This document shows, piece after piece, positions 19,263 to 28,839 of a stretch of DNA of 64,000 bases. Numbering within the stretch: the first letter of the stretch is position 1; each line of letters starts with the position of its first letter. The position numbers were made by a program, and so were the translations under genes. Location: the IMG/VR virus record IMGVR_UViG_3300032046_000001, positions 62,001 to 126,000 of that record, one strand, 5' to 3'. The notes under the pieces are model-generated. The model ran no database searches. It had not been told where the DNA came from and saw only the letters and a list, made by a program, of their open reading frames with translations.

Positions 19263-20012
19263 ATGAAAATAAGACAATGCTGGATATCTCCAAACGTAAT
19301 ATCTTTTAAAAATAGATGGTTTTCATTATTTAATTTCGTTGAGTATACCAACCCTAATGAACCAGTAGTATTTTTTTATAATAAATTTAAAGACTTAAAT
19401 ATAATTTTAAATCATAAAACTAAATGTGTAGTTGTTATAACATCATCACATACTGTTAGACTAGAAGAAGCAGCCAAATTATTAAATAAAGAAAATATTA
19501 AAATATTAGCAACAGCAAAAATTTCAGAATTTTTAACTAATATTGGAGTAGTTCATACTTGGCCAAAAAACGGAATATTCGTTGAAAAAGTTGAACCAGT
19601 AAAATTAGGAAATATGATTTATACTTATATTCCAAAACAAATGGATTCTTATGGTTGGAGTACAATAAAAAAAATAAAAACTAAATATAAAATATTAATT
19701 GGTGATGGAAAGATTCCTATGAATAAATGGTATGATGGAAAATGTGAAAATTATTATAATAAAGTTTTTGTAGGGATGAATTTGTCTGATTATTCAGGAG
19801 GACAAACTTCAATAGTAGATTTGGGTTTAAGAGGTATTCCATGTATTACAAATGTGATTAAAATGCCACACACAATTTCATGGAAAACAATTCAAGACAT
19901 AGAACAAACTATTGAAAGTGAATCAAAAAATATAGGAAAAATAAATTATGAACTTTCTAAAGAAGTATATGAATCAATGGATTTTGAGCAAAAGTGGTTG
20001 GAGATCGATTAA
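19263..20012 (+). CDS. Hypothetical protein, possibly GT-B-like
   Basis: GGQTSIVDLGLRGIP resembles a GT-B C-terminal motif; cluster context. Confidence 0.45.
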   Translation: MKIRQCWISPNVISFKNRWFSLFNFVEYTNPNEPVVFFYNKFKDLNIILNHKTKCVVVITSSHTVRLEEAAKLLNKENIKILATAKISEFLTNIGVVHTWPKNGIFVEKVEPVKLGNMIYTYIPKQMDSYGWSTIKKIKTKYKILIGDGKIPMNKWYDGKCENYYNKVFVGMNLSDYSGGQTSIVDLGLRGIPCITNVIKMPHTISWKTIQDIEQTIESESKNIGKINYELSKEVYESMDFEQKWLEID

Positions 20013-20626
20013 TGAAAAAAATTCCTTTTAGAAGAAAAGTTATAATTGAAATTATTAATTATTTTAAATTTAATTCATATTTAGAAATTGGTTTAAGAAA
20101 TGGAGATAGCGTATTTAATCATGTTCCTTGTAAAATAAAATATTCAGTTGATATTAATCCAGACTCAAAACCATCGTATTGTGGAACAAGTGATTCATTT
20201 TTTTCACAATCTAAAATAACCGATATAAAATGGGATTGTATTTTCATTGACGGATGGCACGTAATAGATTTTGTATATAGAGATCTAATTAATTCTGTCA
20301 GACACTTAACAGAAAACGGAGTTATATTTTTACATGATATATTACCAACAAAATATGAATACACGTTAGAAAGTGGTGATATCAACTGTCAAACAGCATG
20401 GAAAATTATTCCTTATATATTAAAACATCATCCAGAATTAAGAGTATGTTCTATAGCCGATGGAAATGCTGGTATTGGTGTTGTTGTAAAAGGAAATAGA
20501 ATTAAAACATTAGATGTAAATTTTAATCAATTCTATGATTATAATTTGATGGACAAAAATAGAAAATTATCTCAAAACGTTATAGATTACAATGATTTAA
20601 TAGGATGGATAAACAATGGGAATTAA
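20012..20626 (+). CDS. Class I SAM methyltransferase (Methyltransf_24-like)
   Basis: YLEIG, IFIDGWH, GVIFLHD. Confidence 0.8.
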   Translation: MKKIPFRRKVIIEIINYFKFNSYLEIGLRNGDSVFNHVPCKIKYSVDINPDSKPSYCGTSDSFFSQSKITDIKWDCIFIDGWHVIDFVYRDLINSVRHLTENGVIFLHDILPTKYEYTLESGDINCQTAWKIIPYILKHHPELRVCSIADGNAGIGVVVKGNRIKTLDVNFNQFYDYNLMDKNRKLSQNVIDYNDLIGWINNGN

Positions 20627-21227
20627 CAATGATTTTTTAAAATATGAAGAAGACAATCTAAATTTATTGAATATTGACTATGATGGTCTTAATTGGTGCG
20701 AACTTGGAGATCAAGATTATAACGGAGAACCAGCAAAAAAGATGTATGAATTAAAAGGAGTAAATCACACATCTATAGATATAAGTGGTAATGGTGAATC
20801 AATAGCCATAGACTTAGATTTACCAGTTCCTAATAATTTAAAAAATAAATTTGATGTTGTCACTAATTATGGAACAAGTGAACATGTTAATAATCAATAT
20901 GAACTTTTTAAAAATATTCATATAATGTGTAAACGAAATGGAATAATAATTCATGGTGTTCCTTTAATTGGAAATTGGCCAAAACATTGTAGATACTATT
21001 ATTCAAAATTATTTTTTGAAGAATTATCAAAATTGTGTGATTATAAAATTTCTGATTTGATAATTTTGAATTCTGGTTTGTATGGATATCCAAGAAATTT
21101 AGTAGCATGTGTTCTAATTAAAAAGACAGGAAAATTTTTTATAAGTAAAGATAAATTTGATAATATAAATGATTTAATAGATTCTAAAAATATGACTAAG
21201 ACTGGTAATTATACAAAGAAGAATTAA
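20616..21227 (+). CDS. SAM methyltransferase-like protein
   Basis: CELG, IDLD, FDVVTNYGTSEHV. Confidence 0.7.
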   Translation: MGINNDFLKYEEDNLNLLNIDYDGLNWCELGDQDYNGEPAKKMYELKGVNHTSIDISGNGESIAIDLDLPVPNNLKNKFDVVTNYGTSEHVNNQYELFKNIHIMCKRNGIIIHGVPLIGNWPKHCRYYYSKLFFEELSKLCDYKISDLIILNSGLYGYPRNLVACVLIKKTGKFFISKDKFDNINDLIDSKNMTKTGNYTKKN

Positions 21228-21229
21228 TA

Positions 21230-22003
21230 ATGAAAAATTATATAAAAGATTTTTGGGATAACAATGCTGAAAAATTTAAATGTGATAGTAAAGTATCATG
21301 GGGAGATAATTTTTTATTAAATCTTGAATATGATATTATTTCTAAATATTTAAAAGATGATATGAAAATTTTAGATGTTGGTTGTGCAAATGGTTTTGCA
21401 ACTATAAAACATGCACAAGATAATAAAAATTCTGATTTTATTGGAATTGATTTTTCTACAAATATGATTCATTACGCCGATATTAATAAACTTAATATCG
21501 GCGTAAACAATATAGAATTCAAAGTTGGTGATATTACAGATATACAATATGAAGATAATAGTTTTGATGTTGTATATACAACAAGGGTTCTTATTAACCT
21601 TCCAACGTGGGAAGAACAGATGAAAGGACTATCAGAGTGTCTTAGAGTTGTTAAAAAAAATAAAGGACTATTGGTCATATTAGAGGGGTTTTATGAACCA
21701 TTTATTAAATTGAATTCTCTAAGACAAGTAGTCGGATTACCAGCATTGGAAGAACATGATTTTAATAGATATATAAAAAAATATAAACTTGAAAAATTTA
21801 TCAATAATCGCAATTATAAATTTGAAAATATAGATTTTTCATCTGTATACTATATTGGTAGTAGATTCTTGAGAGAGTTAATAACAGATTATAATTCTTT
21901 TAATGGTTTCACAAATCCTATTTTAGAAGATTTTTATAATTTAGAATTAAAATATTCTGGCGGTGGATTTGGAATACAACAGGCATATATTATTAAGGGA
22001 TAG
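21230..22003 (+). CDS. Class I SAM methyltransferase
   Basis: ILDVGCANG, GIDFS, FDVV. Confidence 0.85.
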   Translation: MKNYIKDFWDNNAEKFKCDSKVSWGDNFLLNLEYDIISKYLKDDMKILDVGCANGFATIKHAQDNKNSDFIGIDFSTNMIHYADINKLNIGVNNIEFKVGDITDIQYEDNSFDVVYTTRVLINLPTWEEQMKGLSECLRVVKKNKGLLVILEGFYEPFIKLNSLRQVVGLPALEEHDFNRYIKKYKLEKFINNRNYKFENIDFSSVYYIGSRFLRELITDYNSFNGFTNPILEDFYNLELKYSGGGFGIQQAYIIKG

Positions 22004-22006
22004 AGG

Positions 22007-23083
22007 ATGATAGAAAAAATTAAAAATGAAGGTAGAAAATTTTATAATAAATTAACAGGAAAAGAATCTTTTATTATAGATAATCTTATTGAAGATAAGA
22101 TAACTATAAACAAAAATTTTATTTCAACATTCAAGAATGAAAATACAACAGCATTTGAAGAGATTTTACCAATTCCACCATCAAAAATATATGATTTTAA
22201 AAGACTAAAGGAATCATTTAAACCAAGGGATAATTCTAAAAAATTAAATTTTGAAGAACTGATAAATTCTTTATATAATATTATTTATGAAAATTGGAAT
22301 ATAGAAAAAACAAATTTAATTTTTCATTCTTCTGGAACGGACACTAGATTGATATCTACTTTAATAAGAAAAGTTTATCTAGAAAAAGGAGGAAAAGTAA
22401 AATTTATTTGTTTAGCTCCAGAAATAAAATATTGTCCAGATATTTTTAAATATATTGGTTGGGATTTAGATGAAAATCAAATCATAAATTTTGATATTTT
22501 AACTGATAAAAATATTTTTAATTTTTATACTTTATGGAAATCTGTGAATGGTGTTTCCGGGTTTCCTTATAATTTTATTGATTACATTATAAAAAATTTT
22601 GTTGATGATATAAATAATACTACAATATGGGGTGGTGTATTTTTTAATGAAGCTTTTGAATGTAATGGAACAATTCAAGATTTTTTAACAAGGATGTATT
22701 ATCAAAGACATTTTACATATCTTTCATCGATTCAGAATAAACCTGAAATAATAATGCCAATATTTAATATTGATTCTTTAAAATTAATTTTTGAATCTAA
22801 ATTTTCTGACGATAATAGAATGAATTTATTAAAATTTATTGATCCTAATTTATGTAATATTCCAATAATTCCAATTACAGAATTACATTCGTATTATAAA
22901 ATACCAAAAAATTATTTTAATTCAATTATTAATGAGTTTAAAAAATCATTTTATTATAAAAATATCAGTAGTAATATAACTTTTGAATCAACTTTTAGAA
23001 AAAATGAAACTATGTGGACTAAAATAACACTAGCTTCATTTATAGAACATCTAATAGAAAAAAATACTTCTATAAATTATTAG
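22007..23083 (+). CDS. Asparagine-synthetase-like (PP-loop) protein, putative glycan amidation enzyme
   Basis: FHSSGTDTRLI resembles the SGGLDS PP-loop; cluster context. Confidence 0.45.
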   Translation: MIEKIKNEGRKFYNKLTGKESFIIDNLIEDKITINKNFISTFKNENTTAFEEILPIPPSKIYDFKRLKESFKPRDNSKKLNFEELINSLYNIIYENWNIEKTNLIFHSSGTDTRLISTLIRKVYLEKGGKVKFICLAPEIKYCPDIFKYIGWDLDENQIINFDILTDKNIFNFYTLWKSVNGVSGFPYNFIDYIIKNFVDDINNTTIWGGVFFNEAFECNGTIQDFLTRMYYQRHFTYLSSIQNKPEIIMPIFNIDSLKLIFESKFSDDNRMNLLKFIDPNLCNIPIIPITELHSYYKIPKNYFNSIINEFKKSFYYKNISSNITFESTFRKNETMWTKITLASFIEHLIEKNTSINY

Positions 23084-23092
23084 GAAAAATAT

Positions 23093-23701
23093 ATGAGACA
23101 CAACCCTTACAAAATTGTACAGATGTTTGAAGAAGAAATAGCCGAATACGCCGGAGCACCATATGCTGTATCACTAGATTCCTGTACTAATGCCATATTT
23201 TTATGTCTTAAATATTTAAATATAGCAGAAGGTATGAAAATTGAAATTCCAAAAAAAACATATCTCTCAGTTCCAATGTCGGTTATTCATGCAGGAGGTA
23301 TTCCACGTTTTATTGATGTAGAATGGTCTGGAATATATCAATTAAAACCACTTCCAGTATACGATTCAGCAAAAAGATTGACAAGTGATATGTATATCAA
23401 AGATAGTTATATGTGTTTATCATTCCATATTAAAAAATTATTGAGTATTGGAAAGGGAGGAATGATATTAACTGATAATAAAGATGCTGTGGATTGGTTT
23501 AAAAAGGCGAGATATGAAGGAAGAAGTGAAAAGTTTTATAAAGACGATGATATTAATATAATAGGTTGGAATATGTATATGACACCTCAACAAGCGGCGC
23601 ATGGTTTGGCATTAATGCAGAACTATCCGAAACATGTACCTGATATGGGAGAAGCTGGTGGTTATAAAGATTTAACTACAATGACAGTTTTTAAACAATA
23701 A
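23093..23701 (+). CDS. DegT/DnrJ/EryC1 sugar aminotransferase (short form)
   Basis: FEEEIAEY...SCTNAI; SFHIKK...GKGG PLP-lysine motif. Confidence 0.8.
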   Translation: MRHNPYKIVQMFEEEIAEYAGAPYAVSLDSCTNAIFLCLKYLNIAEGMKIEIPKKTYLSVPMSVIHAGGIPRFIDVEWSGIYQLKPLPVYDSAKRLTSDMYIKDSYMCLSFHIKKLLSIGKGGMILTDNKDAVDWFKKARYEGRSEKFYKDDDINIIGWNMYMTPQQAAHGLALMQNYPKHVPDMGEAGGYKDLTTMTVFKQ

Positions 23702-23713
23702 AGGTTTTCAAAT

Positions 23714-24358
23714 ATGAGTAAAAAAAATATTGAAGTTAAATTTTATATTCCAATTTCAGAAGGAAGATATTTTAATATAATATCAAACTTATCTAAAACA
23801 CTTTTAGGAAATGGAAATACTTCTGTAATTCAAGCAAGAACGGACAAACTAGTTTTTAAAGTAAAATATAATGAAAAATTATTTAGATTTGATTTTGGAC
23901 AAAAATATCTAGTTAATATTAATGAGCAAAAGATAGCATCAGAAACCATAAATATTCCTAAAATATTATTTGTTGATAATATTAAAAAATATAAAATAAG
24001 TGAATGGATTGATGGTGTTGATATTAATAAAGTATGGAATCTACCAGAAGTTTTTATTCAATCTGGAGAATTAATGGGAAAATTAAATTTAATTAAAAAT
24101 ACAAATTCTGGAATGTATTTATCTAACTGTGAATTTTCATCATCTAATGCTATTTGGAGTAATGATAAAAAAGTTTATTTAATTGACTTGGGAAAATTAC
24201 GTTGGAGTTCTTGTACTGATATAACTATCGTTCAAGTATTATTAAAAAGAATTAGAAATAAAGAAAAAATAGATCTGTTTTTAGAAGGATACTCAAAATT
24301 TAAATCGACAGAAAAAATTATAAAAATATGTAATCAAAAAAATTGGAGTTGGAAATAA
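23714..24358 (+). CDS. Kinase-like protein (APH / LPS-kinase fold)
   Basis: VFKV, ISEWIDG, N..VYLIDLG. Confidence 0.55.
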   Translation: MSKKNIEVKFYIPISEGRYFNIISNLSKTLLGNGNTSVIQARTDKLVFKVKYNEKLFRFDFGQKYLVNINEQKIASETINIPKILFVDNIKKYKISEWIDGVDINKVWNLPEVFIQSGELMGKLNLIKNTNSGMYLSNCEFSSSNAIWSNDKKVYLIDLGKLRWSSCTDITIVQVLLKRIRNKEKIDLFLEGYSKFKSTEKIIKICNQKNWSWK

Positions 24359-24383
24359 TATAGAATAGTTTTGGAGATATTAA

Positions 24384-25034
24384 ATGATAGATAAATCTAA
24401 AATAACGAAAACAATAAAACGTTTAGGTCCGTGGTATCAAAACGTAAATATATATGGTATTCAGACAGTTGGAAAAAAAGAACCTTATAGTAGTGTTGTT
24501 TCAGTACAAACTGTTTTCAATAATATTAAATCTTTTATTCCAACATCATTAAATGGATTAAGAGTTCTTGATCTTGGTTGTAATGCTGGTTTTCATTCTC
24601 TTAATATGGCATTATTAGGTGCAGAAGTTATTGGTATAGAATCTAATGAAACTTTTTATAATCAAGCTCTATTTTTAAAACAATATTATGATGAATTATA
24701 TAAACAAAATTTAAATGTGACTTATATCAAAAAAAATATATCTGATATTAATTTTAAAGAACTAGGTAAATTTGACTATGTACTAGCCTTAGCTATAATA
24801 TATCACATTGGTAAAACTCAATACGGTAAATGTACTGAGAAAGCTTTTGAAGAACAATTTCGTATATTAAAAATGATTGACTCGAATTATTTTATTGTTG
24901 GAACTAGAAATGCCTCTACAAATAACATCGATCATTATAATACAGTTTTTAACAAACTTAATTTTAGTTATATGAAAGTTATTAACGGTGGAAAAAGAAA
25001 TTGGATTTTATATGGAGGAAATAATATTAAATAA
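24384..25034 (+). CDS. SAM methyltransferase (CmoB/DUF1698-like)
   Basis: PWYQ, VLDLGCNAG, FDYVL..AIIYH. Confidence 0.75.
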   Translation: MIDKSKITKTIKRLGPWYQNVNIYGIQTVGKKEPYSSVVSVQTVFNNIKSFIPTSLNGLRVLDLGCNAGFHSLNMALLGAEVIGIESNETFYNQALFLKQYYDELYKQNLNVTYIKKNISDINFKELGKFDYVLALAIIYHIGKTQYGKCTEKAFEEQFRILKMIDSNYFIVGTRNASTNNIDHYNTVFNKLNFSYMKVINGGKRNWILYGGNNIK

Positions 25035-25059
25035 AAGAAAAACTTTATACTTTAATAGT

Positions 25060-25392
25060 TTATCTTCCAACCCCCCTTCCCCTTAAGAAACCCCATCCCC
25101 TCTTCTATTATAATTTTTAATTACTTTGATTATAATAGATATTTGGGGATGGTATAATAACTGATTTTACTACTTTTCTTATTAATAATCTTTAATGCTC
25201 GTCTGAAGACTCGCTACAATATAATCTGGATATTGAGGGATTTTTCCACTGGCAATTCGACCAGCCAAAATACTCATATTATATAAAGGCACTTCGAATT
25301 GGCATTTAATGCGAATAAAGGTTAGATAGTTTTTATTAGGAAGATGAGGTCATAAACGTTCTCCACCGTTTCTAAAAACTATCTAATTTCTA
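25060..25392 (-). ncRNA. Candidate structured ncRNA (alternatively a replication origin)
   Basis: No ORF; inverted repeats 25322-35/25373-86, 25093-100/25145-52 and 25104-14/25129-39; pseudoknot 25253-60/25294-301; promoter-like motif directly upstream on the minus strand. Confidence 0.5.
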
Positions 25393-25394
25393 TT

Positions 25395-25426
25395 ATTATG
25401 TTATAGATAATAAATTTTTAATTTGA
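25395..25426 (-). promoter_or_regulatory. Bipartite promoter-like motif TCAAATT-N17-AACA
   Basis: Same boxes and spacing as the copies at 25507, 32267, 53084 and 58317. Confidence 0.55.
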
Positions 25427-25506
25427 TATCAAATTAGATTTTTAAATTATCTACTATTATTATGTTATTGTCACTTTTCAAATCATTTATAAAAATGAAT
25501 TTATAG

Positions 25507-25537
25507 TCAAATTCAAAATTATAATTATATAACATAT
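25507..25537 (+). promoter_or_regulatory. Bipartite promoter-like motif TCAAATT-N17-AACA
   Basis: Heads the + strand operon starting at 25559. Confidence 0.6.
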
Positions 25538-25558
25538 TTAAAAAGGAGATTAAATTGG

Positions 25559-26200
25559 ATGAAAATATTAACTATATGTCAAGGTGGTAATAGTCGAAGT
25601 GTGGGAATGGCGTTTCTTCTTAAATATAAATATAATATAGACGCGATTGCTTGTAGTTGGGAAAAGAATAGCTCTGAAACTTTGAAGATGTTATTTGAAT
25701 GGGCTGATAACATTCTCATTATGGAAAGTAATTTTGAAAAATATATTCCAAATGAGTATAAACATAAGATTAGAGTGACCGATGTTGGAGAAGATGTTTG
25801 GTTCTCTATTAGAAAAGACTTGGTTGATTTATGTGATCAATTATTAGAACCTTTTAAAATGGGGGTAAATATGATTAATGAGTCCGAATACAGAAATGAA
25901 ATAAAAAATATAGTATTTGAAATTAAAGAATCTCCTATTAATGGATTGGGAGTTTTTTCATTAAAAAATTTTAAAAAAGATGATTATATTTCTATACACG
26001 GAATTATGTTGGAAAATGATTTTGAAATCACCAAATTTGGTAGATATTTAAATCATTCATACACACCAAATGCTGTGACAAAAGTTAATCTTGGTGTTTA
26101 TAAAACCTATGCTATAAAACCAATTAAATCAGGAGATGAAATAACTCTTGATTATAGAAAAAGAAAAGAACTGGAGCAACCACAAAAAGGATGGAAATAA
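25559..26200 (+). CDS. LMW-PTP-like phosphatase fused to a SET-domain protein
   Basis: CQGGNSRS (Cx5RS); GLGVF, RYLNHS..PN and GDEITLDY SET motifs; internal SD plus ATG at 25871. Confidence 0.75.
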   Translation: MKILTICQGGNSRSVGMAFLLKYKYNIDAIACSWEKNSSETLKMLFEWADNILIMESNFEKYIPNEYKHKIRVTDVGEDVWFSIRKDLVDLCDQLLEPFKMGVNMINESEYRNEIKNIVFEIKESPINGLGVFSLKNFKKDDYISIHGIMLENDFEITKFGRYLNHSYTPNAVTKVNLGVYKTYAIKPIKSGDEITLDYRKRKELEQPQKGWK

Positions 26201-26203
26201 AAT

Positions 26204-26428
26204 ATGATTGGTGAATTGTTTAATAAATTATTTGGTAAAAATCAGATTGAAGAAGAGTTAAAAAAAGAAGCTGCCGCTGATAGAAAAACAATAGAAGGTG
26301 TTAAAAAAACAATCCATATTATAGAAGAATATAAAAAACTTGGTTTTGATATGTCTGGATGTTGGTATACATGTCCAGTAAAATTATATGATAAAGTAAT
26401 GGAGGAAATAAATAGTGAAACTGTTTGA
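26204..26428 (+). CDS. Hypothetical protein
   Basis: N-terminus resembles that of 26415 (ELKKEA). Confidence 0.55.
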   Translation: MIGELFNKLFGKNQIEEELKKEAAADRKTIEGVKKTIHIIEEYKKLGFDMSGCWYTCPVKLYDKVMEEINSETV

Positions 26429-26822
26429 TGATTTATGTGATATATTCACAAATAAGAAAAAAATAGACGAGTTAAAAAAAGAAGCTGAAGAAATTATCAA
26501 ATCAAAAAACGAGTTATTTCAACAAAGTTTTAAAGATGAATATATATCAATGGGAACTTGGAATACCTACTCACATCATGATTCTGATAAATTTAAAAAT
26601 AGAGTTGATGAGAGTGAAAATAATACGAATTTAGAGTGTAAAATGTTTGATGTAAAGGGTGATAAAATAAATACCCTGAAAGAATTATGTGGAATAGTCG
26701 AAGACACTATCGCTTATGCAATGAGTTCTGTTAGCCCTCAAATTAACGCGAATGTAGAAATTGCAAAAAGACAACACAAGATGTTGGCTTTAATAGAAAG
26801 TATAAAGGAACAATTAAAATGA
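26415..26822 (+). CDS. Hypothetical protein
   Basis: SD GGAGG; GTG start. Confidence 0.6.
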   Translation: MKLFDDLCDIFTNKKKIDELKKEAEEIIKSKNELFQQSFKDEYISMGTWNTYSHHDSDKFKNRVDESENNTNLECKMFDVKGDKINTLKELCGIVEDTIAYAMSSVSPQINANVEIAKRQHKMLALIESIKEQLK

Positions 26823-26991
26823 AAAAATTTGAATATATGACACATATAGTAATATGATGTTAAATTATAACTTAACTGAATTAGGTAGAGATGGATGGGA
26901 ATTAGTCAATACAATAGTACCAAAGAATGTAGACTTTACTGATTCGTGTAATCTTATTTATTTTATATTTAAACGAGAAATTGAGGGATAA
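26819..26991 (+). pseudogene. Frameshifted DUF4177-like gene
   Basis: MKKFEY in one frame, LTELGRDGWELV...FKRE in another. Confidence 0.55.
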
Positions 26992-26994
26992 ATA

Positions 26995-27192
26995 ATGGAA
27001 GAATTTAGTAATTCTGTGAAAGAAGTACTTCAATCTTGGAAAAATTTAATTGAGAAAACCAAAGTTGAAGATTATTTAAGAACACAGGGAATTGAACCGA
27101 TCACATTTATACAAATAGAATTATTAGACGGAGAAGAAGTAGATCCATCAAATATAAATATAACCATAAAGTATAATAATAATGACAAATGA
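26995..27192 (+). CDS. Hypothetical protein
   Basis: SD GAGGG. Confidence 0.55.
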   Translation: MEEFSNSVKEVLQSWKNLIEKTKVEDYLRTQGIEPITFIQIELLDGEEVDPSNINITIKYNNNDK

Positions 27193-27310
27193 AATAACAC
27201 CTGCTCCAAAAAATATTAAAAAGTCAACTTCACTACCACCTCCACCTCCACCTAAAAAGAGAGATTTAAATATAAATATAAATGTGAGGGTTTATGAAAA
27301 AAGAATCTAA
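27182..27310 (+). CDS. Proline-rich microprotein (42 aa)
   Basis: MTNEITPAPKNIKKSTSLPPPPPPKKRDLNININVRVYEKRI; absent from the ORF track. Confidence 0.55.
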   Translation: MTNEITPAPKNIKKSTSLPPPPPPKKRDLNININVRVYEKRI

Positions 27311-27413
27311 TCCATTACCACCAAAGAATGTAAAGAAACCAACACCACCTCCAGCACCACCAGTGAAAAAGAATCCTGGTATAAATATAAAGATAACATC
27401 GAGTATAAAATGA
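27294..27413 (+). CDS. Proline-rich microprotein (39 aa), paralog of 27182
   Basis: MKKESNPLPPKNVKKPTPPPAPPVKKNPGINIKITSSIK; SD GAGGG; ATGA overlap with the next gene. Confidence 0.6.
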   Translation: MKKESNPLPPKNVKKPTPPPAPPVKKNPGINIKITSSIK

Positions 27414-27613
27414 AAACCGATAAAGTTATTAGAGTTGAATTAGAGGGCAATGATCTTAAAACTTTTGAAGATGTTTACACTATTGTACATAATTATTTTT
27501 CTAGTTGGACGTCAACCAATACAACACCAGAAAAATTAATTGAACAAAATAGAATCAAAAATAATGAAATTAAAATACTATCTTTATTAAGTGATATCAA
27601 GAGGATGATATAA
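27410..27613 (+). CDS. Hypothetical protein
   Basis: Translationally coupled ORF. Confidence 0.55.
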   Translation: MKTDKVIRVELEGNDLKTFEDVYTIVHNYFSSWTSTNTTPEKLIEQNRIKNNEIKILSLLSDIKRMI

Positions 27614-27822
27614 TGAAAACTGAAACAGTGATCGGATTTAAAAATGACGAAGTAAGAACTTTAAATAAAGTGTGTGATTTTGTAACAGAATCTTTAGGAA
27701 GATGTTTTTGTACTGGTTCTAGTAGTATGGACAAAGATCCAGTTCTTTCACTAGATAAAGAATCTGTAGATGAATTATACAAGTTTGTACAAGCTCTAAA
27801 GAAAGAAGTAAATAAAGAATGA
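27613..27822 (+). CDS. Hypothetical protein
   Basis: SD GAGG; similar to the N-terminus of 27819. Confidence 0.55.
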   Translation: MKTETVIGFKNDEVRTLNKVCDFVTESLGRCFCTGSSSMDKDPVLSLDKESVDELYKFVQALKKEVNKE

Positions 27823-28223
27823 GTACTACATTAAAATTATCAAATAAAGAAATTATAGATTTAAATTTGATGTGTAAAATGATGTCATTTACAATAGGAA
27901 GTTGTTACTCAACATCGAATAACTGTGTGCCATCTCTTTATACATCATTTAATTCAAATGATATAAATAATATAAAAGATTTTAATAATAAATTAATGAA
28001 TAAAATAATAGAAGAAGAATCTGATAATTTAGAAGTTCCAAAAATAGAAAAAACTTTTATAGAAGAATTAAGATATTTGATCAATCAATACAGTAAAGAA
28101 AACGGTTCAGATACTCCAGATTTTATATTATCTGAATATTTAAATGAATGTCTTGAATTATTCAATAAAATAATAAATAAAAGAGAAGATTGGTATGGAC
28201 AGAAATTAAATGAAAATTTATGA
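27819..28223 (+). CDS. Hypothetical protein
   Basis: C-terminal SKENGSDTPDFIL-type phage ORFan domain. Confidence 0.6.
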   Translation: MSTTLKLSNKEIIDLNLMCKMMSFTIGSCYSTSNNCVPSLYTSFNSNDINNIKDFNNKLMNKIIEEESDNLEVPKIEKTFIEELRYLINQYSKENGSDTPDFILSEYLNECLELFNKIINKREDWYGQKLNENL

Positions 28224-28839
28224 AAATTTAGATATTAATGATTTAGATGGAGAAGTTTGGAAAACAATAGAAGGATATCCTGATTACCAAGTTAGTAATC
28301 TTGGTAGAGTTAAAAGAATTATTGTAGATAGATGGAATCATAAATTAAAAATATTAAAACAAAATAAAAATAATAATAAATATTTTAAAGTTAGTTTATC
28401 TAAAAATGGAATATCAAAAACTAAATTGGTTCATCGTCTTGTTTTTGAAACCTTTAAAGAAAGATTAAAAGATGGGCATGATGCTCATCACATAAATGAA
28501 GATAAAGAATATAATTTTATTAATAATTTAGAATCTAAACCACACGGAAAACATATAGAAGACCATAGAAAAGGAAAGAAACTTTCAGAAGAAACTAAAA
28601 ATAGAATTAGTGAAAGTAGTGAAGGAAAAATATTATCTGAAGAAACAAAAAAGAAAATGAGTGAAAGTAAAAAAGGAGAAAATCATCCAAATTTTAAAAT
28701 AACAAATCCAAAAATCATTGGTATTCAAATAGATATAGAAAATAGAAATTTGACACAAAAAGAAATTGGTAGAAAAAACAGAATTTCCCAGTCAATGATA
28801 TCTAAAATAAAAACAGGAAAAATTAGGTATCATATATGA
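28210..28839 (+). CDS. NUMOD4-HNH homing endonuclease with NUMOD3 and HTH
   Basis: NUMOD4, AHHINEDKEYN, SEETKKKMSE. Confidence 0.85.
   Translation: MKIYENLDINDLDGEVWKTIEGYPDYQVSNLGRVKRIIVDRWNHKLKILKQNKNNNKYFKVSLSKNGISKTKLVHRLVFETFKERLKDGHDAHHINEDKEYNFINNLESKPHGKHIEDHRKGKKLSEETKNRISESSEGKILSEETKKKMSESKKGENHPNFKITNPKIIGIQIDIENRNLTQKEIGRKNRISQSMISKIKTGKIRYHI

Noticed and set aside
25035-25558. tRNA, tmRNA or RNase P in the large intergenic region
   Set aside because: No cloverleaf with T-loop and CCA end, no tmRNA termini and no RNase P GAGGAAAGUCC signature were found by eye.
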